A DNA stretch of 54,157 nucleotides from Candidatus Adlerbacteria bacterium (GCA_903851045.1 CAINNF010000020.1:1-54157), one strand, 5' to 3'. Counted from the first letter of the stretch, positions 42,408 through 51,652 are shown. Notes: a model not told the origin generated them from the letters alone. Translations and numbers: made by a program.

Positions 42408-43754
42408 ATGGCAAAACCAGCGATACAGATCGATCATCTACAGATCACCTACAACCAAGGGCAGGTGAACGAGTTCAAGGCGCTCAACAACGTCGTGGCC
42501 GAAATATACCCGCGCGAATATATCATCCTCTTCGGACCGTCCGGGTGTGGGAAGTCGACCTTGCTGTACACCATCCTGGGGGGTATCCCGCCAGCGGACG
42601 GACACATGTACGTGAAAGGGGAGGACATCTATGCGTACACGCCAGCCGAGATGAATCGGTATCAGCAAGCGACGATCGGCATCGTGTACCAACAGTTCAA
42701 TCTCATTACGTCGCTGAAAGTGCTCGACAACGTCGCACTGCCGATGATATTCCTCGGTCAGTCCGTTCCAGACCGCAACCGGCGCGCGGCCGAACTCCTG
42801 CGCCGCTTCGGTATCCCGGAGCGCGTGGAGAATAAGTTGCCCACGATGATGTCGGGCGGTCAACAACAGCGCGTGGCGGTCGCTCGTGCGCTCGTGAACG
42901 ACCCGGAGATATTGCTCGCCGACGAGCCGGTCGGCAACCTCGACAGTATCTCGGCGGAACACGTCATGGATTCTTTCAAGGAGATCAACGAGAGAGATCG
43001 TAAGACGGTCATTCTCGTGACCCACGACGCGAAATATCTACCCTATGCGCACCGAGTCTTCTATATGCGTGACGGTGCGCTGCGCCGCATCGTGGTGAAC
43101 CCTGAGAAGGAGCAGATCAAACGCGTGAAGCCCGGCGAGACCATCGTCACGGAGATCGAACAGCTCGCGCGCTTGTACCCGTACGCGGAACCGATCGACC
43201 TGAAGGTGAAGAGTGTAGTCAACTTCGCGACGCAAACGCTCACGTTCTCTCAGCTCGAGATGCTCGAGCATGCGATACTGTCGGTATTGAAGGGTTCGAT
43301 GGACGATACGCTCTTTCAGGATTTTCTTATGAAAAGTTTCGCACAGGGTGGTGTGGGGTTATCGCTCGAACAGAGTCGGGATATCACGACCAAGGTCTTC
43401 TCCCTCATCCGCTACTCAAGGGACGTTGAGCGATATCGCGAGGCGCTCCATGAGGACAGTGCGTTCATGCATCAACGAAAGCTCATCGACCACTTGCTCC
43501 AGTATCTTTCGGAGGAGGTCGGGTTACAATCGAGCGAAGCACAGTTGACGGTGCTACGAGCCGCAGTGGCCGAACGAGTGGGCGGTATCATCACTGCCGA
43601 AGACTTCGCCCAGCGACTCATCTTGCCAGCTGACTTGGGCGGTGCCGCATACACCGAGAAGGATGCGTCGTATATCATGCGGCATCTCGAGAAACTGATC
43701 GCGCAAGGCGGGTATATCATCCAACCGAACGAACTTCTGGGCGCACACACCTAA
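42408..43754 (+). CDS. ABC transporter ATP-binding protein (MacB/LolD/FtsE class) with a ~215-aa C-terminal extension
   Basis: Walker A GPSGCGKST, signature MSGGQQQRVAVARAL, Walker B ILLADEPVGNLD, H-loop VTHD. Roughly residues 235-448 are helical with no motif I recognise. Start is ATG 42408 (MAKPAIQIDHL...); the listed ORF opens earlier inside the Fn3 gene. Confidence 0.88.
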   Translation: MAKPAIQIDHLQITYNQGQVNEFKALNNVVAEIYPREYIILFGPSGCGKSTLLYTILGGIPPADGHMYVKGEDIYAYTPAEMNRYQQATIGIVYQQFNLITSLKVLDNVALPMIFLGQSVPDRNRRAAELLRRFGIPERVENKLPTMMSGGQQQRVAVARALVNDPEILLADEPVGNLDSISAEHVMDSFKEINERDRKTVILVTHDAKYLPYAHRVFYMRDGALRRIVVNPEKEQIKRVKPGETIVTEIEQLARLYPYAEPIDLKVKSVVNFATQTLTFSQLEMLEHAILSVLKGSMDDTLFQDFLMKSFAQGGVGLSLEQSRDITTKVFSLIRYSRDVERYREALHEDSAFMHQRKLIDHLLQYLSEEVGLQSSEAQLTVLRAAVAERVGGIITAEDFAQRLILPADLGGAAYTEKDASYIMRHLEKLIAQGGYIIQPNELLGAHT

Positions 43755-43759
43755 CATCT

Positions 43760-44968
43760 ATGAGACTCCGCGACATCCTCATGCTATCGACACGCATGTT
43801 CAAGACGAACCCGTCGCGTACGTGGCTCACGATCCTTGGCATGGGTGTGGGTACGGGGGCGGTCGTGGCCCTGGTGGGTCTTGGATTCGGCCTCCAAGGC
43901 ATCATCCTCGAGCGTATCGTGCTGGGGGATACGCTCTTGTCGCTTAACGTGACGAACCCTCCGTCGCATGTCGTCACGCTCGACCAGCCGACACTCGACG
44001 AGTTTTCCGCCAACTCGTTCGTGAAAGACGTCTCACCTATGACGAGCTTCGCCGCGTCCATCACCTACAACGGACTGACGGGTAATGCGAACGTCGAAGG
44101 TATGAAACCATCGTACTTCCTCTATACCGGCACCAAGGCCGCTGCCGGGCAGTTGTTCAGCGAACAGACGGCGAACGAAGATAACGACTCGGTCATCATC
44201 ACGACCGCGATGCTTAAGTTGTTCGGGGTGCAGGACCCGGCCGATGCCATCGGTCAGACGCTCACGATGCACGTGTTCGTGCCGCAAGAGGGGAGCGACC
44301 AAACGAGCGAGGTGACGCTCGATAAGCAGTATCATATAAAAGGAGTCAGTAGCGACGACGGGACGCTTGCCGCGATCCTGACACTCGATGAGTTCAAGGC
44401 GCACTTCCAGATCCCATACTACGAGCGTGTACAGGTCCGCGTTGTCGACAGTAAGTCGCTTGGACCCATGCAGGACCTTATCATCGCGAAGGGGTTCTCG
44501 GTCACCGCACTGTCGAAGACGGTCGATCAAGCGAACAAGATCTTTCAGGGCATCCAAGCGGTGCTTGCCGTGTTCGGCGGCATCGCGCTCACGGTGTCAG
44601 CCATCGGTATGTTCAATACGATGACCGTGACGCTCCTGGAGCGTACTGCCGAGATTGGTGTCATGCGTACCATCGGTGCGTCGTCGCGTGACATCGTCAT
44701 ACTCTTCGTCGCGGAGGCGGTCATCGTGGGTCTCCTCGGTGGTGTCGTCGGTATCGGTATCGGGGGCGGGATAGGTGTCTTCTTTAATGAACTGTTGAGC
44801 CTTGCCGCTGGCAAGTTCGGCGGCGTATCAGTGTCACTCTTTCGATACCCACTGCCGTTCCTTGGCTTCATTATTCTGTTCTCCGGCGTGGTCGGTTTCA
44901 TCACCGGACTCTTTCCTGCGAGACGTGCCGCGAAGATCAACCCTCTTGACGCGATCCGATACAAATAA
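43760..44968 (+). CDS. ABC transporter permease, FtsX/MacB type
   Basis: N-terminal TM helix (LTILGMGVGTGAVVALVGLGF), a ~230-aa extracytoplasmic domain, and a C-terminal 3-TM FtsX block (..MRTIGASSRDIV..). Ends ARRAAKINPLDAIRYK. Starts 6 nt after the ATPase gene. Confidence 0.88.
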   Translation: MRLRDILMLSTRMFKTNPSRTWLTILGMGVGTGAVVALVGLGFGLQGIILERIVLGDTLLSLNVTNPPSHVVTLDQPTLDEFSANSFVKDVSPMTSFAASITYNGLTGNANVEGMKPSYFLYTGTKAAAGQLFSEQTANEDNDSVIITTAMLKLFGVQDPADAIGQTLTMHVFVPQEGSDQTSEVTLDKQYHIKGVSSDDGTLAAILTLDEFKAHFQIPYYERVQVRVVDSKSLGPMQDLIIAKGFSVTALSKTVDQANKIFQGIQAVLAVFGGIALTVSAIGMFNTMTVTLLERTAEIGVMRTIGASSRDIVILFVAEAVIVGLLGGVVGIGIGGGIGVFFNELLSLAAGKFGGVSVSLFRYPLPFLGFIILFSGVVGFITGLFPARRAAKINPLDAIRYK

Positions 44969-45138
44969 CGAAGGATCGACGAAGTTCAACCGTACTTATC
45001 CACACAAACGGGAGGTGCGTTTTGAGGTACCTACCACTTGGTGTTACCATTGAATTCATGGATATACAGAAGAGTTCCGGCAAGGTAGTCGGTCGTGTCC
45101 GGCTTTTGCGTATTCTTCCATTTTTGCGTCCTACAACT

Positions 45139-46959
45139 ATGTACGGTAAGGTCACGTTTCTGACTACGGTAGGGTGTGCTTTGCTTGGGGTCGGCATCGT
45201 TGTCGGATCTTTTTGGAACGTGAACGTGCCGAAAGTAAGCGCCGACAATGTCACTACCTCGGTGACCGTGCTCAACACACCGCCAAGCTGGACGGTCCAA
45301 GCACAGGAGTCAATCGCATCGGCTACAACCACACCAACCAACGCGGGTTCTATTATCACCTGGACCGCAACGGCTACCGACTCCAGTGCGGACAATTACT
45401 GGCTCATCATCTGTAAGACGAATGCTGCCCCGACCGCGAACGCGAGTTCGACACCAACATGTGGTGGTGGCGTAGCCAACCAGTGGGCCGCTTCGAACTA
45501 TACGCTCAGCGGCCAGGTCGCGAGCGCCGCCACGACCACCATAGAAAAGTTTCCGTTCAATAATGAAAAGAACGACTGGTTCGCATGGATCTGCGACGGT
45601 AGCGCTTCGCTCCCGCTTTGTAACGCTGCCTATTCGATAGGTTCGGGCGACACCGGTTCGCCGTTCATCATCAACCACCCTCCAGCATTTACCGCTATCG
45701 TGAACACGTCGCCTCAGGTCCCGGGTGCCACCATCACCTGGACCGCGACCGGTGCCGACTCGGACATGATCCGAGGTGGCGACTCGATCAAGCTCTATGT
45801 CTGTAAGACGGCGGTGTTCTCCGGTGGTGTGTGTGGTGGCGGATACTGGGCATCTTCGACGATCGCGAGCACTTCAGCAGTAGCGACGTACTCGATACCG
45901 ATACCGACACAAGACACGAGTTACGCTGCCTATGCGTACGTTACCGACAACTACGGTCTTGTTGCGACATCGACGAACCAAGGCGCGTCCACGGCTTACA
46001 GCGTCAGCAACGTTCCGCCGTCGGTGAGCGCCTCTTCTATCACGGTGGTCAACTACACTGGTTCCGGTAACCTCGCGCTCGCGACGCCTAACGGGAAGAC
46101 CGACAACTATACGGTTACGTTCCAGGCGACCGACAATAATAGCTGTCAAAACATATCGAGCGGCAACGAAATGAACGCGGCAACCGCTTCTATTAACGTC
46201 TTTCGTTCAGGTATAGGATCGACCTCATGTCTTACGTCGGGTCAATTCAACTCTAACAATTGTTACCCTCGCGCATCCGGGTATACCAACTTTAGTTGTA
46301 CGCAAGATGGGGGATCATGTTCAGGACCGACCGACTCGACCGCAACATTCACCTGTACGTTCTCGCTGTGGTATAACGCCGACCCGACAGATGCTGGTTC
46401 GCAACACTCAGGAGAGAAGTGGTCGGCAACCGTGCAGATAGCTGATGATAACCTCGCGTCCAGTACCTACGCGGAAGCGACCGTTGGCAGCACCACGATG
46501 ACCAGTTTCTTGGCGTTCGCAGTGACCGAGAGTGCGGTCGCCTTCGGAGCTCTCCAGCCGGGGCAGCAAAGCGACCCTTCGGCGACGACGACGCAGCTGA
46601 AGGCTCTCGGTAACGTTGGCGTCGATGAGGCGCTGTATGGTGACACGATGTGTACGAACTGGACAGGTTTCGACAAGTGCGATAATACCGGTTTTGATAA
46701 CACGAAAGATATCGCGATTGCGAACCAAAAGGTCGCGACATCGTCGGTGCTGTATACATCCCCCTACGCCTACGCCCTGGCTGGCTCCACGACACCGCTG
46801 TCGGTAGCATTGCACGTGCAGAAGACGACCTCGACCAGCTCACCACAAAGCAAGCTCACCTATTGGGCTATCAAGATCCCGGCAACGATAACATTCGCAG
46901 GAAATTATTCTGGCCAAGACGTGATAACTGCCGTTACCAGCGCTGCGGCCAATTGGTAA
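45139..46959 (+). CDS. Secreted Cys-containing surface protein whose C-terminal ~270 aa are homologous to the C-terminus of the giant protein
   Basis: MYGKVTFLTTVGCALLGVGIVVGSFW signal/anchor. Two ..ITWTATA(G)TD(A)S..Y.L..CKT..C.GG.WA.S modules. The C-terminal WYNADPTDAGSQHSGEKWSATVQIADD...KLTYWAIKIPATITFAGNYSGQDVITA parallels the giant protein's QYFADPTDTGVYAGQHWLTTIAAQDS...NVYWGISIPTGVGADSYSGSNTFIA. The ORF is open from 45022. Confidence 0.75.
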   Translation: MYGKVTFLTTVGCALLGVGIVVGSFWNVNVPKVSADNVTTSVTVLNTPPSWTVQAQESIASATTTPTNAGSIITWTATATDSSADNYWLIICKTNAAPTANASSTPTCGGGVANQWAASNYTLSGQVASAATTTIEKFPFNNEKNDWFAWICDGSASLPLCNAAYSIGSGDTGSPFIINHPPAFTAIVNTSPQVPGATITWTATGADSDMIRGGDSIKLYVCKTAVFSGGVCGGGYWASSTIASTSAVATYSIPIPTQDTSYAAYAYVTDNYGLVATSTNQGASTAYSVSNVPPSVSASSITVVNYTGSGNLALATPNGKTDNYTVTFQATDNNSCQNISSGNEMNAATASINVFRSGIGSTSCLTSGQFNSNNCYPRASGYTNFSCTQDGGSCSGPTDSTATFTCTFSLWYNADPTDAGSQHSGEKWSATVQIADDNLASSTYAEATVGSTTMTSFLAFAVTESAVAFGALQPGQQSDPSATTTQLKALGNVGVDEALYGDTMCTNWTGFDKCDNTGFDNTKDIAIANQKVATSSVLYTSPYAYALAGSTTPLSVALHVQKTTSTSSPQSKLTYWAIKIPATITFAGNYSGQDVITAVTSAAANW

Positions 46960-46960
46960 C

Positions 46961-47974
46961 ATGAAAACGAAAGACTCGTACCTCTGGCGACTCAGGCGCA
47001 CTCGTCGCTTCTTGCCGTTGCTGTTCGTGGTGTGTACGTTTCTGCTCAGCTTCTCGGTCGGTGTACATCCCGCAGCTGCCGGATTCGGCATCACCCCGCC
47101 GTACGTGCGTAGTGATCGTCTGACACGGGGTACCGAATATACACAACAAATAAACCTGGTCCGTTCCGACCCGGAAGAAGACCTGAAGGTCGACGTGACC
47201 ATCAACATCCCAGGTGTCGACGGATGGTTCTCTATCGATAAAGGGAACGAGTTCATCATTCCCAAAGGGGTCACCCAGATGCCTATCGTCGTGACCGTGC
47301 ATGTCCCGACGGGGGCTGACTATAACGACTACAAGGGCACGATCCGTATCAGAACGTCCGCAGCGAACGTGCAGTCAGGGAGCGGTGTGTCCATCGCACT
47401 CGGTGCCCAGATCGATGTCGACATCAAGGTGGTCGATAAGATCTTCGACTTTAACGTGCGTCAGATACGCGTCGCTGACCTTGAAGAGGGGATACTGAAG
47501 TGGGGATTATTCTTCCCCGGCAAGATCCGTTTCTTCATGATCATAGAGAACACGGGTAACACCACGTTCGGGCCAAGCAAGGTGCACTTCGATATCTATG
47601 ATAGTAATGGCGAGAATCTGCTCGAGTCCGTCGACAACACGAACCATATCGAGCAGATCGCACCCTTCGCGACGAAAGAGGTGTTGGCGGAGCTCCCGAC
47701 ACGGCTTCCCGCGGGGTCCTACACCGTCAAGTATACGATCTACAAGAACAGCGACGTCGCACAGCAAGGCCAGATCAGTCTTAGTATCGCCGCACTCGGT
47801 AGTGTCCCCGGGTACGAAGGGTACGGGTTCGATGGTCTCTCGCTCACCGACAAGTTGAAGGTTGCCGGGGTGCTCGGCGCTCCGATAGTTATTCTGCTGA
47901 TCTTTGTGACAGCCTTGGTAGTCCGACGCCGCAGACGAAGTAAGAAAAAAATGAATGGGTACTCATCGCGATGA
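46961..47974 (+). CDS. Membrane-anchored protein with two Ig-like (CARDB/DUF916-like) domains and a poly-basic tail
   Basis: Signal peptide ...FLLSFSVGVHPAAA. GFGITPPYVRSD...INLVRSDPEEDLKVDVTINIPGVDGWFSI. FFMIIENTGNTTFGPSKVHFDIYDSNGE...AGSYTVKYTIY. C-terminal TM helix VLGAPIVILLIFVTALVV followed by RRRRRSKKK. Confidence 0.7.
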   Translation: MKTKDSYLWRLRRTRRFLPLLFVVCTFLLSFSVGVHPAAAGFGITPPYVRSDRLTRGTEYTQQINLVRSDPEEDLKVDVTINIPGVDGWFSIDKGNEFIIPKGVTQMPIVVTVHVPTGADYNDYKGTIRIRTSAANVQSGSGVSIALGAQIDVDIKVVDKIFDFNVRQIRVADLEEGILKWGLFFPGKIRFFMIIENTGNTTFGPSKVHFDIYDSNGENLLESVDNTNHIEQIAPFATKEVLAELPTRLPAGSYTVKYTIYKNSDVAQQGQISLSIAALGSVPGYEGYGFDGLSLTDKLKVAGVLGAPIVILLIFVTALVVRRRRRSKKKMNGYSSR

Positions 47975-49136
47975 TACGAATGCTGGTAGGACGGTACCGT
48001 GGCGCTATATATACGCACTGTTGGGTATAGCGTGTGTCATTGGTGTCGTCGTGTACGTCGTACGGCAGCCGCCACAAGCGCTTGCCGACATACTGCAGAC
48101 GAGCATCACGATCTCTATTTGTGGCAACGGACAGGTCGATCCCGGTGAGGCGTGTGATGATGGAATCGGGAACAACGTCGGCTCGTACGGTTCCACGACC
48201 GCACAGCGGGTGTGCTTGCCTGACTGTTCGGGCTATGGGCCGTACTGCGGAGATGGGGTGCTGCAGGTTCGTTTTAACGAACAATGTGACGAAGGTACGG
48301 CGAACGGCCCGACCAGTCTCTGTAGTGCAACTTGCGTCTCGCAACCTGCGGTACCGGCCTCGTCGCCGCCGCAAGTGCTCGGCAATATCCCGTCCCGGTC
48401 GGACGTGAGTCCCGGCGTCATTTCAGCGGCAGCACAGACGCAGGTGGTCTTGCGTGGGAAGGCGTATCCGAATAGCGATGTACACATCCTTCTTGACGGC
48501 GTAGCCGCCAGTATCGTGCGGGCCGACTCGAACGCAGACTTTTTATATAGTACGACCGACGTCACCCCCGGCACCGCAACGTTCAGCTTTTGGGCCAATG
48601 ATTCGGGAGGGGCGACCTCTGTGACCACATCCGTGGTCTTCGACATCGTCCAAAGCGCCGTTACGAGCGTCAACAACATCTTCCTTCCTCCAACGCTCAG
48701 TGTGAGCGCTCGACAGATAGCCCCAGGCGGGTTGCTCACGGTCTCGGGACAATCGGTGCCATCCGCGACGGTCATCATCAATCTGGACAAGGATACATCC
48801 GATGCGCTCGCAGCCGCGGTCGACCACAGTGGCACCTGGGCACTGCAGCTTGATACCAGCTCTATAACGCAAGGGTTCCATAGCGCGAAAGCCTCGTTCG
48901 AGCTTGCGAGTTCGAGCAGAAGCGGTTTCGGTAAATCCGTGAACTTTTTCGTCGGTAACCAGCTGCCGAAGGGTGGACCGTCTCCCGACATGAACGGCGA
49001 CGGTAAGGTGAATCTGGTGGACTTCTCGATATTTCTTCTCAGCTGGGGGACGCATGATGTGCGGGCGGACTTTAACGAGGATGGCACGGTCAACTTGGCC
49101 GACTTCAGTATCATGCTCTTTAATTGGACAGGATAG
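47955..49136 (+). CDS. Dockerin-bearing surface protein (TM/signal anchor + Cys-rich CxxGxxxxGExCDDG repeats + Ig-like domains + type-I dockerin)
   Basis: CGNGQVDPGEACDDGIGNN and CGDGVLQVRFNEQCDEGTANG are Cys-rich repeats. The C-terminus DMNGDGKVNLVDFSIFLLSWG...DFNEDGTVNLADFSIMLFNWTG is a duplicated F-hand dockerin. Confidence 0.8.
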   Translation: MGTHRDDTNAGRTVPWRYIYALLGIACVIGVVVYVVRQPPQALADILQTSITISICGNGQVDPGEACDDGIGNNVGSYGSTTAQRVCLPDCSGYGPYCGDGVLQVRFNEQCDEGTANGPTSLCSATCVSQPAVPASSPPQVLGNIPSRSDVSPGVISAAAQTQVVLRGKAYPNSDVHILLDGVAASIVRADSNADFLYSTTDVTPGTATFSFWANDSGGATSVTTSVVFDIVQSAVTSVNNIFLPPTLSVSARQIAPGGLLTVSGQSVPSATVIINLDKDTSDALAAAVDHSGTWALQLDTSSITQGFHSAKASFELASSSRSGFGKSVNFFVGNQLPKGGPSPDMNGDGKVNLVDFSIFLLSWGTHDVRADFNEDGTVNLADFSIMLFNWTG

Positions 49137-49159
49137 CGGCGGCACTTTAAAAAAACAGC

Positions 49160-49165
49160 TATACT
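49160..49165 (+). promoter_or_regulatory. -10 box TATACT, 6 nt before ATG 49172 (leaderless)
   Basis: tatact 49160-49165; ATG 49172. Confidence 0.45.
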
Positions 49166-49171
49166 ATACGC

Positions 49172-50116
49172 ATGCCCCCTTATTTCCTACGTATCGCTTT
49201 GGGAGTGCTGTTTCTCACCCTGCTTCCCGGAGTCGCTTCTGCTGCATCACTGTCGCTTGATCCGGCGACCGGTACCTATGGTCCGGGAGACACTTTTATC
49301 GAAACGATCCGTATCGATAATGATGGTGATTGTATCAATGCGGCGAACGTCGCGCTCACGTATCCGAAAGATACGCTCCGTGCCGTCGACTTCAGTCGTG
49401 GCGACTCGATCTTGAGTTTGTGGGCGGTCGAGCCGCGCATAGACACCGCCCAAGGCACGGTGGTGTTCGCGGGAGGTATACCGGGCGGATACTGCGGCAG
49501 GATCGCCGGCGATGCAGCACTGAGCAACGTACTCGGGGAGGTCATCTTCACGGTGATCGGTGCGGCAGCGAAGACCGCTGCGATCCACTTCTCTCCCGCT
49601 TCCGCGGTGTATCTCAATGATGGGGCAGGTACGCTGGCAAAGCTGACCACCCACGATGACACCGTCGCTATCGCCCCGACGGCGCAACTCTCGAACAATC
49701 AATGGCTTTCCGACGTCGCAAACGACCACACCCCACCGCAGCCATTCGTTATCCAGGTCGAATCGACCAGCGGTGTGTTCGGGGGGCGATACTACATCGT
49801 GTTTTCGACGACCGACAAAGAGAGCGGGTTGGACCACTACGAGATATTCGAGAACGGAGCATGGAGGCATGTCGCGAGTCCGTATCTGCTAAAGAACCAA
49901 TCTTTACTTGGGGTGGGTGACATACAGGTCCGGGCGATAGATAAGGCGGGTAATATTCGGATGGGTACCTACTCGCCGGCATTGACACCGAAGCGTCAGT
50001 TGTCGTTCACCGATTTTATACCGTTCGTCATAGTCACACTTGTCTCACTCCTCATCGGTATCTCGTGGTATCTCGAACATCGAAAGTGGAAAGCCCGGCG
50101 TGAGGTCCAGGGGTAG
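49172..50116 (+). CDS. Membrane-anchored cohesin-domain protein (paralogue of 20384-21910)
   Basis: Signal peptide ...LTLLPGVASA. LSLDPATGTYGPGDTFIETIRIDNDGDCINAANVALTYPKDTLRAVDFSRGDS...VIFTVIGAAAKTAAIHF (cohesin pattern). DHTPP...SGLDHYEIF...IQVRAIDKAGN module. C-terminal TM helix FIPFVIVTLVSLLIGISWYL. Confidence 0.75.
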   Translation: MPPYFLRIALGVLFLTLLPGVASAASLSLDPATGTYGPGDTFIETIRIDNDGDCINAANVALTYPKDTLRAVDFSRGDSILSLWAVEPRIDTAQGTVVFAGGIPGGYCGRIAGDAALSNVLGEVIFTVIGAAAKTAAIHFSPASAVYLNDGAGTLAKLTTHDDTVAIAPTAQLSNNQWLSDVANDHTPPQPFVIQVESTSGVFGGRYYIVFSTTDKESGLDHYEIFENGAWRHVASPYLLKNQSLLGVGDIQVRAIDKAGNIRMGTYSPALTPKRQLSFTDFIPFVIVTLVSLLIGISWYLEHRKWKARREVQG

Positions 50117-50117
50117 T

Positions 50118-50855
50118 ATGAAACGTATCTATTACGGCATCTTCCTTCTCAGCGCCACGCTGTTCCCGCTCTGGAGCGCTTCTGCCGCAGCTCTGTCCGG
50201 TGGTGAGTTGTATATGACACCCGAGAGCGACCTACGTACCATCGGTGAACCGTTCGATGTGCGAGTGTATGCCAATACCAACGGTCAGGCCGTCAACGCC
50301 ATCGAAGGAGAGTTGGTCTATAACCCGAGCGATCTATCGGTAGAGGCGATCTCTATAGACCACTCCGTTCTTGCTTCATGGTCCACGGTGCCGTCCTACG
50401 ATAGTGCCGCTGGGATCGTTCGATTTTCCGGATGGGCGGCGCAACCGTTCATCGGTTCCGAAGGATTATTGATAACTATTACGTTCCGACCCCTTCGGGT
50501 GGGTCAAAGTAGTGTAGATTTCAACTCCGGTTCCATGCTCGCGTCGAACGAAAGGGGAAGCAATATCATAACCTCGATGAGATCGAGTGTGTTTCGTGTA
50601 CAGCCCATACAGACGCAGCCACCGGCACCAGTGGTGCCGCTAGTCGCTTCTACGACGATCCAGTCTACCACCACCGATACACAGACCCCGGCCACGCCAC
50701 CTCCTACACAAGTGCCCCCAGCCCCGGAGCGGTCGAACGCCGCAGCACTCGCGCTCAGTGGTGTAGAGTTGGCACCGTTCCTCATCCCTTTTCTAGCGAT
50801 CTTGGCGCTCATCGCGTTCGGTATCGCGTACGTACTGCATCGCTTCACACGGTGA
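50118..50855 (+). CDS. Membrane-anchored cohesin-domain protein with a Pro/Thr linker
   Basis: Start ATG 50118 (MKRIYYGIFLLSATLFPLWSASAAA), 1 nt after the upstream stop. ELYMTPESDLRTIGEPFDVRVYANTNGQAVNAIEGELVYNPSDLSVEAISIDHS...LLITITFRPLRVGQSSVDF. PT-rich linker. TM helix LAPFLIPFLAILALIAFGIAYVL. Confidence 0.75.
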   Translation: MKRIYYGIFLLSATLFPLWSASAAALSGGELYMTPESDLRTIGEPFDVRVYANTNGQAVNAIEGELVYNPSDLSVEAISIDHSVLASWSTVPSYDSAAGIVRFSGWAAQPFIGSEGLLITITFRPLRVGQSSVDFNSGSMLASNERGSNIITSMRSSVFRVQPIQTQPPAPVVPLVASTTIQSTTTDTQTPATPPPTQVPPAPERSNAAALALSGVELAPFLIPFLAILALIAFGIAYVLHRFTR

Positions 50856-51644
50856 TCACATCTTCGATAGCATGATCGAGAGATCGTCGAGCCCTACCGA
50901 ACCGTTCATATTGAAGTCATATCGCGGATCATAGGGACCCAGCATCTTGAAGATTAGGATGGATAGGTCCACCAGATTTATCTTCCCGTCACCGTTCAAA
51001 TCCAAGTTTGGTGGAGTGGCTGTCGGTGCTGAAGGTGCACCGGAAGAACCGCCCCCCGCGACCACCAAGGTGTCTGGAGTTTTGATGGTATATGTTATGG
51101 TGCGTGTGTCCGTGTCGATCGGTTTACCCGTATCATTGCTCGGAAAGACCTGTACGTTCTTAAATTGGAGCAGTGCGGAACCAGGTGTCTTGGTGCGTAC
51201 CGTCAGTGTTAACATGGTCCCGGTACCCATGAGACCTCCTTGCTTGGTCGTGCCACCGCTGAAGTGTATCTCACCTGAATCCTCGTCGATACTCGTGTCC
51301 TCGGTCCACAAGTCAAAAAACGACCTCTCCTTACTTATGCCGACGATCTCAAGAGTGTCTTTTGAAAAGGAGATGGTCGCACCAAGAGCGTTGATTGGTA
51401 CCCTCGTATTGATGTTGATGTCGATCGTGGTCGTTGTCCCAGGAGGTATCGTCTCGTCCCCATACGGGGTAAAGAACACGGTCGTGGTGGTTCCTCCGAT
51501 CGACGACAGGCTAGAGGCGAGGAGACCCAAGATCGCGTTTGGATGTATCGCCACGAGCGACGCAACCCCTAATGTGACACTCAAGAGTAGGGCGACGTTC
51601 AGTCGCGTCAGTCGTGCTCGAATGTGTCGGCGAAGCTGTCGCAT
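50856..51644 (-). CDS. Cohesin + dockerin adaptor-type protein
   Basis: Signal anchor LNVALLLSVTLGVASLVAI. TTIDININTRVPINALGATISFSKDTLEIVGISKERS...MLTLTVRTKTPGSALLQF (cohesin pattern). The C-terminus DLNGDGKINLVDLSILIFKML...DFNMNGSVGLDDLSIMLSKM is a dockerin. Confidence 0.8.
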   Translation of the reverse strand: MRQLRRHIRARLTRLNVALLLSVTLGVASLVAIHPNAILGLLASSLSSIGGTTTTVFFTPYGDETIPPGTTTTIDININTRVPINALGATISFSKDTLEIVGISKERSFFDLWTEDTSIDEDSGEIHFSGGTTKQGGLMGTGTMLTLTVRTKTPGSALLQFKNVQVFPSNDTGKPIDTDTRTITYTIKTPDTLVVAGGGSSGAPSAPTATPPNLDLNGDGKINLVDLSILIFKMLGPYDPRYDFNMNGSVGLDDLSIMLSKM

Positions 51645-51652
51645 ACCAGGTC

